The notes under the pieces: generated by a model | Databases searched by the model: none | Told to the model about the DNA's origin: nothing | The model's input: only the letters and a program-made list of their open reading frames with translations | Position numbers and translations under genes: made by a program | Assembly (NCBI GenBank): GCA_964433545.1 | Contig: CAYSRJ010000003.1 | Span: forward strand, 64,904-128,903 | Direction of reading: 5' to 3' | From: an uncultured Spirochaetota bacterium | GTDB taxonomy: Bacteria; Spirochaetota; B62-G9; DRHN01 | DNA length: 64,000 nt | Part shown: one piece after another, positions 6,958-16,389 of the stretch | Numbering within the stretch: position 1 is the first letter of the stretch | Layout: the number at the start of each line of letters is the position of its first letter

Positions 6958-9084
6958 CTATCCGATTTCGTTCCTCCGCTTGACGAGGTATATGGGATAG
7001 GTGCCAAACTTTTTCGGCAGAACAATAACACCAACGTATATGCACTCCAGCAGGTTTTGACTGTGTGATACAAGCAGTGACGCAAACTGCTCACTTGCAT
7101 ACACGTTTCCCGGGTTCGTTATCGGCTCAATACGCGCTGCTCTGTTTACATGACGGCCGAAATAGTTCATCTTTTTTAATATCGGCTCTTTTGCCCCAAA
7201 AACTGGACCGACATGCAGTCCTATCCGTATTTTCAGATCTTCAAAGAGGTACAGGCTCTTCCAGTCCTTTTTTTTCAATAAATCGCGGAGCTCGAGTGCA
7301 TATTCTGCTGCAGAAATAAGATCGTTGTATACGAAGTACAGAGCATCCCCCCAAATATTTTTAAAGATAGGCTTATGCTTCGTATTTTTCAGGCTTTGAG
7401 CGATGGCCCCAAGATAATTTTTTATAAAGAAGGGGATCTGCTCCTCTTTCAATGCACTGAACCCGGCAAGATCCGCAAACAACATTGCCTTCACCGAACG
7501 GTTCACATCCTTGACAGTGTCAGTCAGTTTAACAGGCGGAGCAGGAGAATGCAGTGTATCCGAAACAGATCCTTCGGCATTCATTTGACCCGTTTCCCCT
7601 TCTTCCGACGTACGTCTGTTGTCGGGAGAATCTGTTTCAAGTAATACGTTCGGGGATGGACCACTATCAGACACACTGCCGCTGTCCGGCATTCCAGTGT
7701 CCTCTATATCGTTACCCAGCAAAACGCCACGATGGGTTTTTCTTTCAGCACGCTGTTTTGAACGATTTTTACTAATCCTGTTAATATCAATGATCTCAAT
7801 AGGATATTTCTTATCTTCCCATGTTGTAATGAAATCGTACGTTCCTCCCGTCTTTCTACTCCCCTTGCCGTCCCACACTGCAATGAGAACGGACTCTGTT
7901 TCCAGAAGTTCGCTTCTTAAAAGTGTTTTTCCCATAATAATTCTATTCGCGTAATCGAACAGGAGGTCGTCACCAGAGTACTTTCCCTCCGTCGCCATGA
8001 GGACTGTGCTTCGTTTCAGGACTCGCTGTACTCGTTCAACCCATGCTCTGCCGGCAAACTCAACACTCGCATGTATAAAATCCTCTAATACGAAAGGAAG
8101 GATAATATTTGTTTCTGCTTTTCGTGTCTGCATGCACTCTAAAAAGAGTGTATCCGAACCGCAGGCCGCAGATGAGTAGCCTATTCCGGGATTGACACGT
8201 TCAAGCACATCACAAACCGCATTTTTTACATCTTCCTCGATGTCCGGCGGAAAACGGGAAGGCCTTCTTCCGGGTTTATCGATCATATGACCGGTAAAGG
8301 CGACAACAGGCGGCACCTTTAAAAGGGCAAATATTTCTTCTTCAATGTCGATATAATTCTTAAGCAGGCCCATCTGCTTGCGCGTGCTCGCCAGGTATGA
8401 AAAATTCTTCCCGCTGATACGCTGTGCGAATTTTAAGTACTGCAGGGCCTTCTCTGAATCTCCAAGAAGCAGAAGTCCCTCTCCCATTGTCGCGAGTATC
8501 CAGTAGTCACGTTTTTCACCCGCACTCATTCGATCCAGGCATATTTTCAACACCATCTTTGCGAGTCTGCCGGCATTTTCTCTTTCACCGAGCATAAGGC
8601 TCATACTCGCAGCATTTATTCCCGAATAGTAGCCTCTGCTCTTATTGAACGCCTTTAGATAGAAATTTTTTGATTTCTCGAGGTACGTGGTGTCACCCTG
8701 TGCCCCTCCTGAAATCACCCACATATCCTTGTACACCCGGCCCAGGATACCGAGCGTTTCTTCATCAAAATGGCCCTTTTTAACCAGGCCGGTGAGTATT
8801 TGCCGTGCCCTGTTTAAAAACCCGCATTTAATGAGCGAAAGGGCGTACAACTGTGTCAATCGTAGGTTTTCCGGAAAATATTCGAGCCCTTCCTTGAGAA
8901 CATCATGCGCAAACATCGACTGCCCGAGTTTGTCCGCGGTTTCACCGAGCCGAATGTAGAAGTGTGGCTGAGAGCTCCATGTAGAGTCGTCCTTGGAGAC
9001 CCAGAGCTCATGTATGACGTTTTCTATGTCTTCGGACTTTGAATCGAGATAGGTATTGAATTTTTTTATGCTTTTCTCTTCCAT
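6958..9084 (-). CDS. multidomain TPR-repeat + SLOG (LOG/DprA-like Rossmannoid) + class III adenylyl/guanylyl-type nucleotidyl cyclase protein
   Basis: C-terminus MLFADLAGFSAL ... WGDALYFVY ... IRIGLHVGPV ... GRHVNRAARIE carries class III cyclase catalytic motifs. The middle region VVAFTGH..GIGYSSAACGSDTLFLECM..ILPF..VLMATEGKYSGDD..LIAVWDGKGSRKTGGTYDFITTW matches the LOG/DprA (SLOG) pattern. The N-terminal third is TPR-like helical repeats, followed by an S/D/G/P-rich linker. Start chosen at ATG MEEKSIKK after GGGGAA; the track ORF begins at a TTG at 9198. Confidence 0.8.
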   Translation of the reverse strand: MEEKSIKKFNTYLDSKSEDIENVIHELWVSKDDSTWSSQPHFYIRLGETADKLGQSMFAHDVLKEGLEYFPENLRLTQLYALSLIKCGFLNRARQILTGLVKKGHFDEETLGILGRVYKDMWVISGGAQGDTTYLEKSKNFYLKAFNKSRGYYSGINAASMSLMLGERENAGRLAKMVLKICLDRMSAGEKRDYWILATMGEGLLLLGDSEKALQYLKFAQRISGKNFSYLASTRKQMGLLKNYIDIEEEIFALLKVPPVVAFTGHMIDKPGRRPSRFPPDIEEDVKNAVCDVLERVNPGIGYSSAACGSDTLFLECMQTRKAETNIILPFVLEDFIHASVEFAGRAWVERVQRVLKRSTVLMATEGKYSGDDLLFDYANRIIMGKTLLRSELLETESVLIAVWDGKGSRKTGGTYDFITTWEDKKYPIEIIDINRISKNRSKQRAERKTHRGVLLGNDIEDTGMPDSGSVSDSGPSPNVLLETDSPDNRRTSEEGETGQMNAEGSVSDTLHSPAPPVKLTDTVKDVNRSVKAMLFADLAGFSALKEEQIPFFIKNYLGAIAQSLKNTKHKPIFKNIWGDALYFVYNDLISAAEYALELRDLLKKKDWKSLYLFEDLKIRIGLHVGPVFGAKEPILKKMNYFGRHVNRAARIEPITNPGNVYASEQFASLLVSHSQNLLECIYVGVIVLPKKFGTYPIYLVKRRNEIG

Positions 9085-9159
9085 GATTTCGTTTCCCCGT
9101 TTGTTATCCCAAATCATAGCACATTTGGAAGAAAGAGTGGGGTTTTTTTGGCATCTATA

Positions 9160-9200
9160 TTCCATTTTATTAATAATATTCTCTAATGGAGAATACAAAC
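9160..9200 (-). promoter_or_regulatory. candidate sigma-70-like promoter with overlapping inverted repeat upstream of the cyclase gene
   Basis: Minus strand reads TTGTAT-17 bp-TATTAA. The spacer contains the inverted repeat ATTCTC-taatgg-AGAAT. Weak consensus match. Confidence 0.25.
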
Positions 9201-9241
9201 TAAATATCCGGGTGTGTCATGATAGGTTTACTACTTTTTTT

Positions 9242-9811
9242 TCAGGCGATTTCCCCAAACAGAGAAAGTGCACCGTACAGGACCGCATCATCCCACAGAA
9301 TAGCCCTCTCTATTGGTGTATTCGCATGGTTTTTAAAAAAGATCCTGCTCCTCACCCGTTCCCGTATGAGCTCGACAATGTTTGATTTTCCTGCGGTGAG
9401 CCCGCCGCCGATACCGGTGCTCATTGTGATATAGTATACCGATGAACAGTATTTTCCGCCCTCGTACAGGGCCTCTCCGAGGGCTGTGGCATTTGCATCA
9501 TTTTGTATTCGAACGGGCACGGAATACGCACGTTCAAGTGTCGATTTGAGATGAAACCCCTCCCAATCCGGTAAATTCGGCAGGGCGCCAAAAATGCCGT
9601 TATCGATGTTAAGCGGGCCCGGGGCTCCGATTCCAATTGCCTTCAAATTCTTCTGATTATGGCCAATAAACTCGTGTATGAGAAACTTGAGATCATTAAT
9701 AAATATTTCCGGGTTCTTTTTTGTTTTTATTTTTCTACTTGTTAAAAGACTGCCGTCTTCAAAACGACCTATCCATGTCTTTGTTCCGCCTATGTCGATA
9801 CCGACTATCAT
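9242..9811 (-). CDS. ROK/ASKHA-family sugar-kinase-like protein, unusually short (189 aa; C-terminal third with the zinc motif is absent)
   Basis: MIVGIDIGGTKT, GIGAPGPLNIDNG, QNDANATALGE and TGIGGGL are ROK hallmarks. The protein ends about 55 aa after the last motif with no CxCGxxGCxE region. Confidence 0.55.
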   Translation of the reverse strand: MIVGIDIGGTKTWIGRFEDGSLLTSRKIKTKKNPEIFINDLKFLIHEFIGHNQKNLKAIGIGAPGPLNIDNGIFGALPNLPDWEGFHLKSTLERAYSVPVRIQNDANATALGEALYEGGKYCSSVYYITMSTGIGGGLTAGKSNIVELIRERVRSRIFFKNHANTPIERAILWDDAVLYGALSLFGEIA

Positions 9812-10000
9812 TCTAACCGCCGATTGTTACCTGAAGGTCTGTCCGTTCCTCAATACGTTGTTTATAGGACATTACTTCTTCTGTGCGAAGTGATTTAATC
9901 TTATGTGCATTTGAAGGATTGGAATACCAGTTCCGCCGGGGCTGCTACTGTATGGACCAGTTCTTACCTGGTTTGTGTCCCGATAACGAGTTTTCCCGCA

Positions 10001-10888
10001 TTAATCTTTTTTGAAATACCCGTCACCGTACGGGTGCTCCTGTCCGAGGAACTCGCTTTTTGAAGCGCCCAATGTGTGACAGGGAAGAAGGTGCAGTTTT
10101 TTCACACCGATGTCTGCAGCATATTCAGCAATGGCAAAGAGGTCACTTTCATTCATGTTAAAACCGGGAACAACCGGCACCCTGACCGTTACATCCGGTA
10201 TAGTTCGCACCGCAGTACTGAGATTTTTTAGTACCTTTTCGTTTCCGATGCCGGTAAACCGCCTGTGGGTTTCTTTGTCCATGTGCTTGAGGTCGTAAAG
10301 TAGATGATCGATGTATGGAAGAGCCTCTTTGAACGTTTGCGAATCAACGTTGCCGTTTGTCTCGACTGCAGTGCTCAGATGATACTGTGCCGCAAGCCTG
10401 AGAAGCGATATAGCGAAATCCCTTTGAAAAAGAGGCTCTCCGCCTGAAACGGTGACTCCCCCGGCTCCACGACAGAATACCCTGTCCAAGAGCATCTCCT
10501 CCATCACGGCACCTGCGGTTATCTCTCTACCCACTATTCGAATGACCTCCGGAAAGCACACTTTCGCACACTCGAGACAGCTGCTGCATGCATCCCGGTC
10601 GATTTCCACCGCATTGGACGACGGATGCTTCTTTATCGCGCCTTCAGGGCAGATGTCGATACAATCGTACTCTCCGATGCACCGGGCGGGGTTGTACATT
10701 ATTTAAGGCGCATGCCCGATACCCTCCGGGTTTTCGCACCAGGGGCAGTGCATGTTGCACCCCTTGAGAAATACTATTGTCCGTATACCTGGGCTGTCGT
10801 GCACCGCGTAGTGCTGGATATCGAATACCACACCGGTGATTGATTCCAGGTCCTTCATCATGAATATGAACGATCCTCTCTGATGCAA
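10001..10888 (-). pseudogene. glycyl-radical-enzyme activating enzyme (radical SAM with two ferredoxin-like 4Fe-4S inserts), interrupted by an in-frame TAA
   Basis: The N-terminal piece (10703..10888) has [13 protein letters not shown] (CxxxCxxC). In-frame TAA lies at 10700-10702. The reading frame then continues CIGEYDCIDICPEGAI ... CSSCLECAKVC ... GGVTVSGGEPL (10001..10699). Both pieces are in the same frame. Confidence 0.65.
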
Positions 10889-11014
10889 AATATTTTGAAC
10901 TGCTGCTACTCAAAAATAACGAACACCGTAATTTTCATACCCTCTTATGCTCTAACATTGAGATGTACAGCTTATACCACCGCTGAATAACATATCCGGC
11001 GCCTCAAATTGAAA

Positions 11015-11042
11015 GCTTGTACCCCCCCCCGGGTACAACCAG
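11015..11042 (-). terminator. hairpin TTGTACCC-cccc-GGGTACAA downstream of the glycyl-radical-enzyme remnant
   Basis: Perfect 8-bp stem; on the minus strand it is followed by CTTTCAATTT. Confidence 0.3.
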
Positions 11043-11082
11043 TACGAAATATGTACTATGCACCCGAAATTTCCTCTTCATT

Positions 11083-12900
11083 TTAAACGGTATGCTCCGT
11101 CCTCGCGATAATATCGTCCTGCAGGGCCTCGTTCAGATCCACGAAAAACGCCGAATATCCCGCCACCCTTACCACCAGGTCCCTGTATTCATCCGGCCTT
11201 TCCTTTGCCTCTCTTAAAGTGTCCGCAGACACGACATTGAGCTGCAGATGTATATTCTTTAGCGTTATGAATCCCCTGATCAGGTCTGAAAACCTCGCAA
11301 GCCCCCGTCACCTTCAAGGGCCGAAGGATGAAACTTGAGGTTGAGCAAAGCGCCGTTTGAAGCCCTGATCTGGTCTATCCTGCTCACCGATTGCAGCACG
11401 GCAAGCGGCCCCTTTCTGTCCCTTCCTCTCACGGGAGACAGACCGCCGTCTGCAAGCGGTTCACCTGAAAGCCTGCCATCTGGTGTGGCGCCTACAGCCA
11501 AACCGAGCGGCACATGCGCGGACACGGTGTACAGTCCCGGCTGAAACTTCCCGCCCCTCTGGTTTTCATACTTCTCCACTTCACGGCTGTACAAATTCGA
11601 CCACTGGTAAGCGATTTCGTCGACTTCCGGAATATTGTTCCCGAATTTTGGAATCTTGTTCAGAATACGGTACCGGAGCATCTCATGCCTCTGAAAATTC
11701 CTGTCCAGTATATCGATCATTCTCGAGTATTCGATCTGTTTTTCTTCAAAGACCACCCTTTTTACGGAAAAAAGCGAATCGGCAATGTTCGCTACGCCCA
11801 CAGCCTGGGGGCCGGTAAAGTTGTAGAAGGCGCCACCGCCTGAAATGTCGATACCCTTTTCTAGGCAGTTGTCCACAAGTACCGAAAGAAACGGGGTCGG
11901 AAGCAGTGTATGGTGCGCAACGTCCACCGTATTACAGCCCTTCGCCATTTTTTCCACATATTTTTTGAGGTTATCCTCCATGGCATGCTCGAGAGAAGAA
12001 TAATCCCTATACGTTTTCTGCCGCATACTCACCTCTAACAGGCGGGCCGTATTGAACAGGGCAGCATCTTAAGGTATCACGAAGAAAAAAGGGGGAAAGC
12101 ACCTGGTCGAGCCTTCCCGGTGAAAACGAACTGCCGACGGACTCCAGATGAAGAATTACGAACAAAAACCAGAGCATCTGTACCGCTTCGATAAAGGTGT
12201 TGGGGGGCGAAGATGTAAGCTTTTCGCACCGTTCGGAAAACTCCTTTAGCCCCTTCCTGGAAGCCTCGTCCCTGTATCTCATAATAAATTTTGATGCCGC
12301 GCGGAGGGTGATGAGCACTGCATCATAGAAACCATGCATTTCAGGTTTATCGGTGCTCATTCTGTACTTCTGAACCTCGTCTGTCAGTCCGCCGATGCCC
12401 TTTGTAAGCCACTTCTCCGTATCGGGGATTATGTGACCCTGGGAGTGTGTCGTCTGGTTGAGGGTGTAAATACCCTTTTCAACCGGGTCCATGACATCGG
12501 TCGAAAGAGCACCAAGCAGATAATCCTTCAATGTCTTTCCCCTGAAAAAGGGAAGGACTTTTTCTCTCAACACCTGTTTATCTTCTGCCGTAATCTCGAA
12601 GGGTTCCTGCTCACGTATGCCGATCGTATCGAGCTCTTTTTCAAGCCAGTCTACAGCACCCTCAACAGCAGGCACACCCATCCTCGGAAAAACCGTTCTT
12701 CCGCCAATGATGAGCTCATCCTCACCCACTGCAATGGGTATGTTTTCAAGTATAGTTTCAAGCGCCCTTGCGCGCCTCAGAATAACGGGTTCCCCCTCCG
12801 TTTCGCTGTAGCTCTTCAAATAGTACAGACTCCTATCGAGGGATATACGCCGGTGTGTGTCCAGCACCCGGTCTTTCAGTTTCTTGATGCGCGGGGACAA
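11083..12900 (-). pseudogene. glycyl radical enzyme (PFL2 / glycerol-dehydratase-like family), frameshifted and probably internally deleted
   Basis: Three pieces in three frames. The N-terminal 297 aa (12007..12900) read MSPRIKKLKDRVL...WFLF..GRLDQ. The middle 250 aa (11280..12032) read ..GGGAFYN..GATPDGR..SNGALLNLKF. The C-terminal roughly 65 aa (11083..11281) read RVAGYSAFFVDLNEALQDDIIARTEHTV*, the glycine-radical motif. Total is about 610 aa, against about 750-850 aa for intact family members. Confidence 0.7.
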
Positions 12901-13025
12901 AGCCCTTTACTGCATCGGCAGATACTGCAATTTATTCATGACAGTCTCTCGATGAGTGGTCCGTTTTTCGCGATACGTACTCATGTGCTATCCTCTTTCT
13001 TCAGTAGGCCTTTTTCTGTTTTTCC

Positions 13026-13331
13026 TCACGAAAGTGAATCCTTTTTACTCTTCAGGTGAACGATTGTCGCGCCCCATCCGCCGGCGCCTTCGCCTGCAAG
13101 ACTGAAGGATTCGACCAGATCGATCTTTTTCAAAATGGAATGCACTGTCGCCCTCAGTATCCCCTTTCCCTTTCCGTGAACAATCCTCACCTGCATTATC
13201 CCCTTTTCCCTGCACAGGGCTAGGTAATCCGTAATAAGCCCCTTCACATCCTTCGGCTGAAAGACGTGAAGGTCAAGCGTCCCATCGATGGGAAGCTCGA
13301 CGGGCTCGAACTCCGGTTCAGAGGGATTCAT
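13026..13331 (-). CDS. Smr-domain protein
   Basis: DLHVFQPKDVKGLITDYLALCREKGIMQVRIVHGKGKGILRATVHSIL matches the DLHG...IIHGKG.G.L core of Smr domains. ATG follows AGGTGA. Confidence 0.7.
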   Translation of the reverse strand: MNPSEPEFEPVELPIDGTLDLHVFQPKDVKGLITDYLALCREKGIMQVRIVHGKGKGILRATVHSILKKIDLVESFSLAGEGAGGWGATIVHLKSKKDSLS

Positions 13332-13589
13332 TTCCAATCACCTGAAGATTATTCACATGGTAAATTCCGGCACTAGAATACTCTCTGTTTAATCGTTTAA
13401 AAAACCCATTTATAGCGGGGACACGCTGCCCTGCAGACAGCAATTGTGGGGACAGAGAAGAGGAATATCCAGGTTCAGTCTCCCTGCGGCCGGTTGAATG
13501 AAGCGCATCTGTTTAAAGAAGCATGCCGGGGCGCAAGACTCCACCGGTCCGCCCGCTTCATTACCAGACGGTCATACGAACTTCATATA

Positions 13590-14687
13590 TCAGGATTGTC
13601 CCCTGATACAGTGAAACTTCTCCGGGACAATAATGGTCACGTCCTCGCCCTTTTCATACATGCCCCTGCCCAGAGGGTCGGACACATCGACTATAAACGG
13701 CTCTTTACGCCCCTGTACCGCACATCTGTATCTCGCAATCGAGCCGATATAGGTGACATTCTGCACCACTCCTGCGATCGCATTATGGGCGGCCGCCTTG
13801 TGTTTTTTTTCAATGGCCGCTGATTCAGGCCTTATGATTGCAGTCACCCGGTCACCTGCTTTTAACGCGACTGCACTCTCGGCCGCCGTAACGAGCTCTC
13901 CCACCTCGGTGTCGATACTGCAATGTCTGCCGTCCGCTGTACGCACCCTGCCCTGCACCATGTTGATATAGCCGATGAACCCGGCCACGAAGAGTGTCTC
14001 CGGCCTCTCGTAGATTTCCGTTGGTGTTCCGATCTGCTCGATGCGGCCCTTATTCATCACCACGATTCTATCCGACATGCTCATCGCCTCTTCCTGGTCA
14101 TGGGTGACGAATATTGTGGTCAGGTTGAGAGACTGCTGAATTTTTCGAATCTCCTCCCTCATCATAACCCTGAGGCTCGCATCGAGGTTCGAAAGCGGTT
14201 CATCGAGCAGAATAAGCTCCGGTCTGAGCACGATGCTGCGCGCAAGCGCCACTCTCTGCTGTTGGCCTCCGGAAAGCTCGTTCGGCCTCCTGTTCTCGAG
14301 ACCCTCGAGCTGCACGATACTGAGAATGTTTTTAACATTTTCCTCTATCTTACTCTTTGAAAACTTTCTCAATCTCAGGCCATAGGCGATATTATCGAAA
14401 ACGCTCATATGGGGAAAGAGTGCGTAGTTCTGAAACACCATGCTCGTTTTGCGTTTTTCAGGGGGAATATCGTTTATTCTCTCACCGTGCATGACGATGT
14501 TGCCCTCAGTCGGATAGTAGAAGCCCCCTATCATTCTGAGCAGTGTCGTCTTGCCGCAGCCAGAGGGGCCGAGGAAGGTCACGAACTCCCCCCGCTTGAT
14601 ATACGGTATATCCAGGTGATCGACCGCAACGATCTCGCCGAAGCGTTTCGTAACATTACGAAGCGTTAAAACAGTGTCATTTTCCAT
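13590..14687 (-). CDS. ABC transporter ATP-binding protein with C-terminal TOBE domain (FbpC/PotA-like)
   Basis: Walker A GPSGCGKTT, signature LSGGQQQRVALAR, Walker B ILLLDEP, and a C-terminal TOBE-like region. Confidence 0.85.
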   Translation of the reverse strand: MENDTVLTLRNVTKRFGEIVAVDHLDIPYIKRGEFVTFLGPSGCGKTTLLRMIGGFYYPTEGNIVMHGERINDIPPEKRKTSMVFQNYALFPHMSVFDNIAYGLRLRKFSKSKIEENVKNILSIVQLEGLENRRPNELSGGQQQRVALARSIVLRPELILLDEPLSNLDASLRVMMREEIRKIQQSLNLTTIFVTHDQEEAMSMSDRIVVMNKGRIEQIGTPTEIYERPETLFVAGFIGYINMVQGRVRTADGRHCSIDTEVGELVTAAESAVALKAGDRVTAIIRPESAAIEKKHKAAAHNAIAGVVQNVTYIGSIARYRCAVQGRKEPFIVDVSDPLGRGMYEKGEDVTIIVPEKFHCIRGQS

Positions 14688-14689
14688 TG

Positions 14690-16351
14690 TTAAAACCCCT
14701 TCAGCATTTCCACGTTCGATTTTTGTGAGATAAGCTTTAAAAGCATGAGGCTGAGCGCAACAACAATGGTGAGTATCACCGCCATTGCGGACGCCTTGCC
14801 GATATTCCCCGTCTCCGCAAGCCGTAAAATAAGGAGTGATGCGAGATTCGTTCCCGGCGCAATAAGAAAAATAACCGCACTGATGGTAATCATCCCCACC
14901 ATGAAGGTATACAGAAAGCTCGCCGCAAACGCAGAGCTCATGAGTGGCAGCGCAATACGAATGAAGGTTTTGAAGCTGCTCGCGCCGAGGTCTCTGGACG
15001 CTTCCTCCATCGACACATCGATTTGATGAAGCTTGCTGACCCCCGCTTCAAGGCCGACAGGAAACTCCCTGAAGGAAATATTGATGATAATGATGAGAAG
15101 CGTCCCCGTAAGCAGCAGGGGATGCCGGTTGAAAACGAGAATATAACCGATCCCCATTACCGTTCCGGGTACGGCAAAGCCCAAAAGCGCGATGAACTCG
15201 AGAAGCTGCCTCGCCTTCGGCTTCTTTCGTATCAGCACATACGCGAATATTATCGATGTGAAAGAGGTGATAACCGCCGCAACGGTTGAAACCGTAAACG
15301 AAGTTTTCAATGCCCTCCAGCCTGCATAGCTTGCGAAGTGCTTAAAGGTAAGCGTATTATTGATCATGAAGAGCTTTGTGATGGAGCTGAGAAAAATAAC
15401 GGTGAAACAGGCAAGAATAGTGAGGCATACGAGAAGCGCAATAAGAAAAAATGGATACTTGATAAACCAGGCGACTTTTCTGCTCTCCGTTCCGGACATC
15501 TGGCCGCCCACTGTTACAAACGACCCCTCTTTCAGTATGTAGTTCTGTATGACGTACACGACAATAGACGGAATTATAAGCAGTATGCAGAACACAGAAG
15601 CCATTTCAACATTTTGCTCTCCTATCCACAGATTATAGGCATCGGTCGCCATTATGGGAAGCCCGCCGCCGATGAGCATCGGGTTTCCAAAATCCGCGAG
15701 CGACATGATGAATACGAGAAGTGCAGCTTTGAACAGCCCCGGCAGAGAAAGGGGCAGTATCACCTTGAACAGGGTCGTTGCCTGGCTTGCCCCGAGGTCC
15801 GACGATGCATCTTCCAGCGACGGATTGAGGGACTGCAGGACATTGTTCACCATTAAAAACCCCAGGGGGAGAAACGAGAGAACCTGTGCTGTAATAAGTC
15901 CCGGCCAACCGTAGATGTTCGGGCTTATCTTCAACAAAAGATAGATCAGACCGCGCCTTCCAGCGATGATAATCAGCGCAAGAGAAAATATGAAGGGCGG
16001 CGCAATAAGAGGCAAAATCGCAATGTTTCTCAGAAACCCCTTCAGCGGCAGTCCAGTCTTGTTGATCGTATAGGATATGGAAAAAGAGATAATAAGAATA
16101 ATCGTCGTTGTAACGGCGCCGAGTATAAGCGTGTTGACCATCGACTTGTAGTAGTAGGAGTACTTGAAAAAGCTTGCGTAGCTCAAAAGCGAGAGCTGAC
16201 CTTTATACCGGAAGGATTTCACGAGCACGGAAAAAACCGGGTATACTACAAAAAGCAGAAGAAGCAGCGTCATAATAACTGTAATTCCAATGAATACCGG
16301 GTCTTTTTTCATCCCCAGCGCTGTGCCTCTTTCACGTACAATACTCGCCAT
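14690..16351 (-). CDS. ABC transporter permease, fused double-domain (FbpB/AfuB-like, about 12 TM)
   Basis: 553 aa with two tandem permease halves, each carrying EAA-like loops. Confidence 0.85.
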   Translation of the reverse strand: MASIVRERGTALGMKKDPVFIGITVIMTLLLLLFVVYPVFSVLVKSFRYKGQLSLLSYASFFKYSYYYKSMVNTLILGAVTTTIILIISFSISYTINKTGLPLKGFLRNIAILPLIAPPFIFSLALIIIAGRRGLIYLLLKISPNIYGWPGLITAQVLSFLPLGFLMVNNVLQSLNPSLEDASSDLGASQATTLFKVILPLSLPGLFKAALLVFIMSLADFGNPMLIGGGLPIMATDAYNLWIGEQNVEMASVFCILLIIPSIVVYVIQNYILKEGSFVTVGGQMSGTESRKVAWFIKYPFFLIALLVCLTILACFTVIFLSSITKLFMINNTLTFKHFASYAGWRALKTSFTVSTVAAVITSFTSIIFAYVLIRKKPKARQLLEFIALLGFAVPGTVMGIGYILVFNRHPLLLTGTLLIIIINISFREFPVGLEAGVSKLHQIDVSMEEASRDLGASSFKTFIRIALPLMSSAFAASFLYTFMVGMITISAVIFLIAPGTNLASLLILRLAETGNIGKASAMAVILTIVVALSLMLLKLISQKSNVEMLKGF

Positions 16352-16389
16352 TGTAATCTCCCAAACCCTCTCGTACAGTTTCGATTGTG

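Noticed and set aside
6345-6983. 212-aa plus-strand ORF, extremely Phe-rich (FFAEVFADTF...)
   Set aside because: It is the antisense of the Lys(AAA/AAG)-rich tail of the TIR gene. It has no start context and no domain. It is a compositional artefact.
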